A stretch of 18,720 nucleotides of DNA from an uncultured bacterium (GTDB taxonomy: Bacteria > SAR324 > NAC60-12), in NCBI GenBank assembly GCA_964010765.1, contig CAXGMD010000069.1, positions 1 through 18,720 on the forward strand, given 5' to 3'. The position numbers and the translations under genes were made by a program. Below are positions 12,291-18,720 of the stretch, in pieces. The notes beneath the pieces are model-generated. The model was not told the DNA's origin, made no database searches, and worked only from the letters and a program-made list of their open reading frames with translations. Each line of letters begins with the position of its first letter. Positions within the stretch are counted from its first letter, which is position 1.

Positions 12291-15169
12291 CGATATGATT
12301 CCACTGTTGGGCAAGAGCAGACCAGGTTGCGGTCTCCATAGGCGTTATCAATTCGATTGACGGTTGGCCAGAATTTTTGGGTTTGCATGCCTGGCAAGGG
12401 ATACGCTGCGATTTCTCGAGTGTAGGGATGCGTCCAGACCTCAGCGGTGAGGTCCAATTGAGTGTGTGGAGCGTTGACTAACGGGTTGTCCTCCAAAGGC
12501 CAGGTTCCTTCTTCTACTTGGCGGACTTCTTCACGGATCTTGAGCATGGCTTCACAAAAACGATCCAGCTCTTCTCTTGATTCGCTCTCCGTGGGTTCAA
12601 TCATGAGAGTTCCAGCGACAGGCCAGGACATGGTGGGTGCGTGAAATCCATAGTCCATTAGACGCTTCGCGATATCTTCCTCAGAGATTCCAGAGTTGTT
12701 CTTGAGGGGTCGGATGTCAAGGATACACTCATGGGCTAAGCGACCGTTCCGGCCACGATAGAGGATTGGATAGGCGTCACTGAGTCGTTCTGCCATATAG
12801 TTTGCGTTGAGAATGGCGACTTGGGAGGCAGTGCGCAGATTTGGTCCTCCCATCATGCGAATGTACATCCAGGAGATTGGCAGGATGCTTGGGCTTCCCC
12901 ATGGCGCAGCAGAAACAGCCCCACCGGTTCGATTTTCTGCAACCTTGATGATGGAGTGGTTCGGCAGATAGGGAGCCAGGTGAGAACGGACGCCAATGGG
13001 CCCCATTCCTGGGCCGCCGCCTCCATGCGGAATGCAGAAGGTCTTGTGCAGATTAAAGTGCATCACATCTGGTCCAAATTGACCGGGTTGAGCAATGCCC
13101 ACCAGTGCATTCAGGTTGGCTCCATCCATATAAACCTGTCCACCAAAGCCTTGGATGATTTCACAGATGTTGCAAATTTCTTCTTCAAAAACTCCATGAG
13201 TTGATGGATAGGTCACCATCAAGGCGGCTAGTTCGCTAGCGTGTGCTTCTGCTTTTTGACGAAGATCATTGACGTCAACATTCCCTTGGGAATCGCAGTT
13301 GACCACCACTACTTTCATTCCTGCCATCTGGGCACTGGCTGGATTGGTACCATGGGCAGAGCTGGGGATCAGACAGATGTGACGATGTACTTCTCCTTGG
13401 GAGATATGATAGTTGCGGATGGTCAGTAACCCTGCGTACTCGCCTTGAGCGCCGGAATTAGGCTGCATGGAGATAGCATCAAAACCGGTCAATTGCATCA
13501 GCCAATCTTCCAATTGCTGAATCATTTTCTGCATTCCTTGCGCCTGTTCTAAAGGCACAAATGGATGAAGAGACCCTACACTTTCCCAGGTCACCGGAAT
13601 CATCTCAGCGCTGGCATTCAATTTCATTGTGCAGGAGCCCAGCGGTATCATGGCCCGATTCAGCGCCAGATCCTTCTCTTCCAGATTTCTGAGGTAGCGC
13701 ATCAAGTCTGTTTCGGAGTGGTATCGATGAAAAACAGGATGGCTTAAAAAATCAGATACTCTTCGCAAGCTTTCGGGAATGCCGGCATCAGAGGAGTTGG
13801 CTTGACTGAGCAAGGAATCTAAATCTACTTCTACTCCAAAAACTTTGAGAAGCTTGCTGACATCTTCGGGAGTCGTGGTTTCATCAAGACTGACTCCGAG
13901 ATGAGTGGAGTCGATCACTCGAAGATTCATCTTAGCTTCTTGTGCACGCTGCAGAATTTCTGGCTGTTGCGTTTTGGTTTCGATGCAAAGGGTATCAAAA
14001 AACTGATCATTCGAGACAAACCCACCCTGATTCAAGCCTTGTCGAAGTAGTGCCGTCAGGGTATGAGTCCTTCGAGCGATCTTTTTGAGACCTTCAGGAC
14101 CATGATAAATTGCATAAAAACTTGCGATCACAGCAAGCAGAACCTGGGCTGTGCAGATATTGCTGGTGGCCTTCTCACGGCGGATGTGTTGCTCGCGAGT
14201 CTGCAATGCCATGCGAAGGGCAAGCTGTCCCTGTCGATCTTGAGAGACACCGATTAATCTTCCGGGCAGAGATCTTTTTAGGGTGTCACGCGTTGCCAGA
14301 AAGGCAGCATGTGGTCCACCATACCCCATGGGTACTCCAAAACGTTGGGCACTTCCAAAGACGATATCAGCGCCCATCTCTCCGGGTGGTTTGAGGAGCG
14401 TTAGGCTGAGTAAGTCCGTGGCCACAGCGACCAAGACCCCTTGCTGGTGCATGGCTTCGATCCACTCTGACCAATCATTGATCGGCCCAAATGTATTGGG
14501 ACACTGCAATAATGCTCCAAAATAGTCCCCACTGGGTATTTCTGCTGGCTCACCAACCACCAACTGGATGTTCATTGGTTCCGCCCTGGTTTGCAGAAGA
14601 TCGAGGGTTTGCCGGTGCAGATTGCGATCAACAAAGAACTGTTTGCTTTTTTTCTTTGAGTGACGTTGACAGAGTGTCATCGCTTCGGCAGCTGCAGTGG
14701 CTTCATCCAACAGTGAAGCGTTGGCCACCTCCATTCCTGTGAGATCCAGGACCATCTGCTGAAAATTGAGCAGCGCTTCCAGTCTTCCCTGGGCGATCTC
14801 TGCCTGGTAGGGAGTATAAGCGGTGTACCAGCCAGGATTCTCTAGGAGGTTCCGGCGAATTACAGCAGGCAGGTGTGTTCCGTAGTACCCCTGACCCAGA
14901 AAGCTCTGCCAAAGCTGGTTGGCTTCCATCATTGATTTCAACTCATTCAGAGCCTGCTCTTCACTTGCGGGTTTCAGGTCCAGCTTGCTTTGTGGCTGCA
15001 GAATGTCATGAGGTACCGTTTTTTCGAGCAAATCCTCTAGAGACTGCAATTCAAGGAACTGCAGCATTGCTTGTTGTTGAGCCTGGTTTGGCCCAATGTG
15101 ACGGTGGGCAAAATCAGCTGATGGCTGCAGTTGATGAAGTTCTTTGAGCAAGCTGGATTGTGTAGGCAT
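12287..15169 (-). CDS. gcvP: Glycine dehydrogenase (decarboxylating), glycine cleavage P protein, single-chain type
   Basis: [56 protein letters not shown], the PLP-lysine motif HFNLHKTF and C-terminal GDRNLVCSC. Start placed at ATG 15169 (960 aa) rather than the upstream GTG. Confidence 0.97.
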   Translation of the reverse strand: MPTQSSLLKELHQLQPSADFAHRHIGPNQAQQQAMLQFLELQSLEDLLEKTVPHDILQPQSKLDLKPASEEQALNELKSMMEANQLWQSFLGQGYYGTHLPAVIRRNLLENPGWYTAYTPYQAEIAQGRLEALLNFQQMVLDLTGMEVANASLLDEATAAAEAMTLCQRHSKKKSKQFFVDRNLHRQTLDLLQTRAEPMNIQLVVGEPAEIPSGDYFGALLQCPNTFGPINDWSEWIEAMHQQGVLVAVATDLLSLTLLKPPGEMGADIVFGSAQRFGVPMGYGGPHAAFLATRDTLKRSLPGRLIGVSQDRQGQLALRMALQTREQHIRREKATSNICTAQVLLAVIASFYAIYHGPEGLKKIARRTHTLTALLRQGLNQGGFVSNDQFFDTLCIETKTQQPEILQRAQEAKMNLRVIDSTHLGVSLDETTTPEDVSKLLKVFGVEVDLDSLLSQANSSDAGIPESLRRVSDFLSHPVFHRYHSETDLMRYLRNLEEKDLALNRAMIPLGSCTMKLNASAEMIPVTWESVGSLHPFVPLEQAQGMQKMIQQLEDWLMQLTGFDAISMQPNSGAQGEYAGLLTIRNYHISQGEVHRHICLIPSSAHGTNPASAQMAGMKVVVVNCDSQGNVDVNDLRQKAEAHASELAALMVTYPSTHGVFEEEICNICEIIQGFGGQVYMDGANLNALVGIAQPGQFGPDVMHFNLHKTFCIPHGGGGPGMGPIGVRSHLAPYLPNHSIIKVAENRTGGAVSAAPWGSPSILPISWMYIRMMGGPNLRTASQVAILNANYMAERLSDAYPILYRGRNGRLAHECILDIRPLKNNSGISEEDIAKRLMDYGFHAPTMSWPVAGTLMIEPTESESREELDRFCEAMLKIREEVRQVEEGTWPLEDNPLVNAPHTQLDLTAEVWTHPYTREIAAYPLPGMQTQKFWPTVNRIDNAYGDRNLVCSCPTVESYR

Positions 15170-15279
15170 GAAATATTCAAGGAAAATTAAAAGATCAGGT
15201 AAGTAGCTTGAAATCACTCAATGAATCATGACAAATTCCGGTCATCGCTGCAAGGTTGGTACTATTAAAACTTAAGATC

Positions 15280-15308
15280 TTGACAGCCAATCTGACTTTG
15301 CCAAAGAT
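15280..15308 (+). promoter_or_regulatory. Possible sigma70 promoter for the ptsN-like/ClC pair
   Basis: Perfect TTGACA at 15280-15285 and a 17-bp spacer, but a weak -10 (AAAGAT, 3/6). Confidence 0.3.
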
Positions 15309-15363
15309 TTCTGATCATTAATCCATTCTTTGTTTGCAGCGAACAGTAGAAATAGTTATCATT

Positions 15364-15379
15364 TGCAAATTAAATTGCA
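15364..15379. promoter_or_regulatory. Palindrome TGCAA-N6-TTGCA, candidate operator
   Basis: TGCAA ATTAAA TTGCA 26 bp upstream of the ATG at 15406, with the same form as 529-544. Confidence 0.3.
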
Positions 15380-15405
15380 GTTGATTTTTCATTTAGTCAA
15401 AGTCC

Positions 15406-16071
15406 ATGGCTCAGATGCTCACAATCCCGGAGGTGGTTAATTTACTCCGGGTACCAGAAACAACGATTCGTCGCTGGATTCAACAAGGGGAGTTCCCTTG
15501 TACTATCCGAAACGGCAAGCCGCTCATCAATCAGGCCACGCTGATTTCCTGGGCAGAAGCCAAGCACCTCCGCTTGGGTTCATCCGCACTGGGCAAAAAG
15601 GGAAATCTTGTTTCAGACAATCTGTTGACTGCCTTGGAATTGGGAGGCACGCACTATGCGCTCAAGGGTGAAGATCGAGAGACAGTTCTCCGGCACATAC
15701 CTGGACAGATGCAGTTGAATAAGATCTCACCACAAAAATTGGAGACACTCCTCTTGGAGCGGGAGAACCAGTCATCAACTGCTCTCGGTAAAGGAGTAGC
15801 GGTTCCCCATCCTCGTTATCCTTTGCCCATCCCGAAATCGCAATCCCGTGTGGATGTGTTTTTTCTTTCCTCATCTATCGAATGGGACGCACCAGACGGA
15901 AAACCTGTTCATACACTCTTTCTTTTGCTCAGCGCCGAATCTTCCCACCATCTTAAGATCCTTTCGCAAATAGCTGGTCTGCTGCGGCAAGCAGGCGTCG
16001 AGGACTTTCTGCAGCAGGCACCTCCACAAGATGAAATCTTGGATTACATTCAAACAAGAACTTCACTCTAA
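15406..16071 (+). CDS. PTS EIIA (PtsN/fructose-mannitol type) protein with an N-terminal excisionase-like (HTH_17) DNA-binding domain
   Basis: N-terminal LTIPEVVNLLRVPETTIRRWIQQGEFP (Xis/MerR-like HTH). C-terminal LERE...STALGKGVAVPHPR (phospho-His motif), WDAPDGKPVH.LF.L and HLKILSQIA. Confidence 0.88.
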   Translation: MAQMLTIPEVVNLLRVPETTIRRWIQQGEFPCTIRNGKPLINQATLISWAEAKHLRLGSSALGKKGNLVSDNLLTALELGGTHYALKGEDRETVLRHIPGQMQLNKISPQKLETLLLERENQSSTALGKGVAVPHPRYPLPIPKSQSRVDVFFLSSSIEWDAPDGKPVHTLFLLLSAESSHHLKILSQIAGLLRQAGVEDFLQQAPPQDEILDYIQTRTSL

Positions 16072-17806
16072 GCTTCAATCTCTCCTACCGAGCTCGCCTC
16101 TTGGCGAGGGCGAAAGACTTTCACATTTTCGAGCTCATTCTGCCCGTGAAACTGTGGTGATGATGCTATGTGCTCTGATCATTGGAGCTGGTAGCGGGGT
16201 CCTGGCAGTAAGCCTGAACTGGGGTGTGCACTTCCTGCAGGAATCCATTCTTTTCCTACCTGATCTTGGCCAGATTCTGATGCCTGCGCTGGGAGCAGGT
16301 TTAGCTGTTTTCATGATTCGAAATTTACTGAGAGATCCCTCTGGGCACGGAGTTCCGGAGGTGATTCATGCTGTACTGCATGACGCGAGAAATCTGAAAA
16401 AAAGAATGATTTTTTCTCGGTTTTTCGGAAGCTTATTCACTGTTGGAACCGGTAATTCCGCTGGACTAGAAGGTCCCACAGTTTGTATTGGAGCTGCTTG
16501 GGGGGCGGTGGTTGCTCGCTGGTTGAACACGAATGAACGGCGTAGCAAACTACTACTTGGCTACGGGGTAGCAGGTGCGGTTGCTGGGATTTTCAATGCT
16601 CCTCTAACAGGTCTGATTTTTACACTGGAGATCATTCTTGGAGAGTGGTCGGTATTAACGGTCTTGCCTTCGATCATCGCTGCGGTGACTGCGACAGAGT
16701 TCAGCCGTGTCTTGATGGGCAATAAGATTACATTTACACATGAGTTTGAGTTCTTCGACCCAACTTCCTTGGTCGCCTGTGTTTTGCTTGGAATCCTGAC
16801 GGGCCTCGTTTCAATTGCATTTTCTAGAAGCCTCAGTTGGTCTGAGAAAAAATTTAATAAGATTGGGAGTCCGTGGGCGAGAGCTGCTCTTGGAGGTGCA
16901 ATCATTGGAGGAATGGCCTACCTCAATCCATCCGTGCTTGGAGAGGGCTACAACATCACGCAGGAGTTCCTGGCGCAGATGGATCAGCACACTGTGGACT
17001 GGGTTCTCTTGTTTATCTTGCTTAAATTCATTGCCTGTTGCGTGACTCTAGGTTCGGGTGGCGTAGGAGGAGTCTTTGCTCCGAGCCTTGTGCTTGGCAG
17101 TGCGGTGGGTATGTCTTTCGGTTTAATCTTGGGATTGACTGGCTGGGAAGGTGTGGCTGAGCCAGCAGCCTTCGCTCTGGTTGGCATGGCTGGGATGGTG
17201 ACTGGAGTGATGCATGGGCCTCTGACCGGGGTTTTTCTAGTCATGGAATCCACGGGGGGATACTCGCTGATTCTTCCCTTGATGCTCACCGCAAGCAGCG
17301 CCATGGTAACGAGTTCATTTTTGGAAGTGGGTTCTGTTTACACCCGAAATCTGATCTTCAAGGGTGATCTAGTCAAAAGAGGGTCGGATCAACATCTACT
17401 TCGATCACTGTCCAGGGATTTTCGGGATTTGTTGGATCACGATTTCCTGACAGTCCGAGACAGCACCCTCTTGGGCGAGTTTGTGGAGGTCTTCAAAAAT
17501 GCACATCGTAATTATTTTCCAGTTCTTGAAGCAGATTCCGACCGTTGTATCGGAATTGTTTTTCTGGATGACATCCGCTCCTATCTATTTGATACCCATC
17601 TCTACAATATAGTTTCCATGGGTTCAATCATGCGCTCTCTACCCACCATCTCTACGAATGAATCTATTGAAGAAGCACTAGATAAATTTGAACTGAGTGG
17701 GGCCTGGGCGTTACCGGTGATGGATGGCAAGGAGAGGTTTTTGGGAATGCTTTCAAAATCAACCTTGTTTGATCATTACCGGAGGGAGTTGCAAATCACC
17801 GTTTAA
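16031..17806 (+). CDS. ClC-family chloride channel/transporter with C-terminal CBS pair
   Basis: ClC signatures GHGVP, GLEGP, FNAPLTG, GGVFAPSL and SVY. Many TM helices and two CBS-like repeats (RNYFPVL; AWALPVMD...FLGMLSK). The start is uncertain; the ATG at 16031 overlaps the upstream gene by 41 nt. Confidence 0.92.
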   Translation: MKSWITFKQELHSKLQSLLPSSPLGEGERLSHFRAHSARETVVMMLCALIIGAGSGVLAVSLNWGVHFLQESILFLPDLGQILMPALGAGLAVFMIRNLLRDPSGHGVPEVIHAVLHDARNLKKRMIFSRFFGSLFTVGTGNSAGLEGPTVCIGAAWGAVVARWLNTNERRSKLLLGYGVAGAVAGIFNAPLTGLIFTLEIILGEWSVLTVLPSIIAAVTATEFSRVLMGNKITFTHEFEFFDPTSLVACVLLGILTGLVSIAFSRSLSWSEKKFNKIGSPWARAALGGAIIGGMAYLNPSVLGEGYNITQEFLAQMDQHTVDWVLLFILLKFIACCVTLGSGGVGGVFAPSLVLGSAVGMSFGLILGLTGWEGVAEPAAFALVGMAGMVTGVMHGPLTGVFLVMESTGGYSLILPLMLTASSAMVTSSFLEVGSVYTRNLIFKGDLVKRGSDQHLLRSLSRDFRDLLDHDFLTVRDSTLLGEFVEVFKNAHRNYFPVLEADSDRCIGIVFLDDIRSYLFDTHLYNIVSMGSIMRSLPTISTNESIEEALDKFELSGAWALPVMDGKERFLGMLSKSTLFDHYRRELQITV

Positions 17807-17808
17807 AA

Positions 17809-18591
17809 TCAACTCCAAAGATGCAGTGTCCCAATTCCTGGCCAGTAAAGTTTTCCTTTCCAAGGGTTTAGCCCAAATTCCAGTGCAAACCACTGAAGAC
17901 GAAGCCCCTCTTCAATTCCAATAGAAATTCCAAAAATTCCCCAAAGAGTTAGTTGCAATCCCTTTCCGCCTGTCGTGGGTTGTATCCAAAAACCCAAAGG
18001 AAAATCCTTACCAATTGCAGTGGGTGGTAGAGTAACTTGAAGTTCAGGGACTTGTCGAAGCACATGTGCTGTAAAGGTGTTGCTGTTTGGACCAGGCCAG
18101 ACGCGATAGAATTCACTCGCAGGATAGCTGGCGATTGCGTCCTCAACTTTGTTGATTAGTTTTTCAGCTCCCTGTCCACGTACTTGACCATAAAGCTCAG
18201 GAGCATTCCCAAACCATGATCGATTTGGTAGTCCAGTTGATTCAGAAACCACGGGCATACCTCGAAAGTGCCGCCAACCGATCACATCATATCGACGAAA
18301 GTCAGGATCTCCTGCTTCTTTGATCGCAATCCAAGTGTGGACTGCAAACGCTCCACGCCAATTATAGGCTCTTGCTCCGTAGATTTGAATGACAGCCTGG
18401 TCCTTTGTCACCTCCGCATTCGGAATTGTAACTGCTTCTTGAGAGCTTCTGCTCCAGTGGGTGTCCAAATCTAGATCAGAGAACTTCCAGGTCCACAAGG
18501 GTCCAGTCAAGAGCAAGGGGGTTAATAAGACTAAGCAAAGGAGCAACAAGCGAATAGCTCTCCAAAGTCGTTGGTACCTGATGGGGATCAT
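17809..18591 (-). CDS. DUF3750 family protein with an N-terminal membrane anchor/signal
   Basis: Motifs YGARAYNWRGAFAVHTWI, YDVIGWR, WFGNAP, YRVWPGPNSNTF and LPPTAIGKDF, which I recognise as DUF3750. Convergent with the ClC gene, 2-bp gap. Confidence 0.8.
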   Translation of the reverse strand: MIPIRYQRLWRAIRLLLLCLVLLTPLLLTGPLWTWKFSDLDLDTHWSRSSQEAVTIPNAEVTKDQAVIQIYGARAYNWRGAFAVHTWIAIKEAGDPDFRRYDVIGWRHFRGMPVVSESTGLPNRSWFGNAPELYGQVRGQGAEKLINKVEDAIASYPASEFYRVWPGPNSNTFTAHVLRQVPELQVTLPPTAIGKDFPLGFWIQPTTGGKGLQLTLWGIFGISIGIEEGLRLQWFALEFGLNPWKGKLYWPGIGTLHLWS

Positions 18592-18630
18592 TTGTGGAAG
18601 AAGATGAGAAATTCTGTGGCGGTCGAGAGG

Positions 18631-18720
18631 CTAAGGGCGAATAACTTCCATACCAGGAGGAATCTCAAAACTAAAGAAATCCTCTGAAAATTTGACGTTG
18701 TAACTCAACGCTTCAAATTC
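18631..18720 (-). CDS. 3' end of a probable outer-membrane lipoprotein carrier LolA-family protein (partial)
   Basis: Open frame from the window edge: EFEALSYNVKFSEDFFSFEIPPGMEVIRP*, matching the typical LolA C-terminus (N......F.F..P.G.EVI). Only 29 residues are visible. Confidence 0.6.
   Translation of the reverse strand, partial: EFEALSYNVKFSEDFFSFEIPPGMEVIRP

Noticed and set aside
15170..15217. Extended gcvP N-terminus from the GTG at 15217
   Set aside because: The extra 16 residues lie in AT-rich intergenic-like sequence; ATG 15169 gives a typical ~960-aa GcvP.
15347..15366. Fur-like box (minus strand GCAAATGATAACTATTTCT)
   Set aside because: Only about 12 of 19 matches in AT-rich DNA, and the flanking genes have no evident iron link; too weak to call.

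Overview
Bacterial chromosomal window with two parts. The left half (1-9192, minus strand) holds a 2799-aa predicted lipoprotein adhesin or surface protein. It carries Ig-like repeats, two LamG-like domains, a GLUG-type region, a six-blade Kelch-like propeller and a Cys-rich C-terminal tip. Downstream of it lies the 5' end of a tandem paralog (1-451, missing from the ORF track) with the same N-terminal domain. The giant protein carries about 53 copies of D-N-x-S/T, an N-glycosylation-like sequon with Asp at -1, and is a mosaic of high-GC scaffold and low-GC payload domains. The right half is a mixed set of conserved genes. On the minus strand: gcvP, a RecE/PD-(D/E)XK nuclease coupled to it, a small membrane protein, comF broken by one in-frame TAG just before its PRPP motif, and a lone yejE-like permease. 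Divergent on the plus strand: an HTH-PTS EIIA fusion and a ClC-CBS channel with a non-canonical filter. At the right end: DUF3750 and a probable lolA 3' end. I found no RNA genes, CRISPR arrays or intact mobile elements. My impression of a marine SAR324-like host is unverified.
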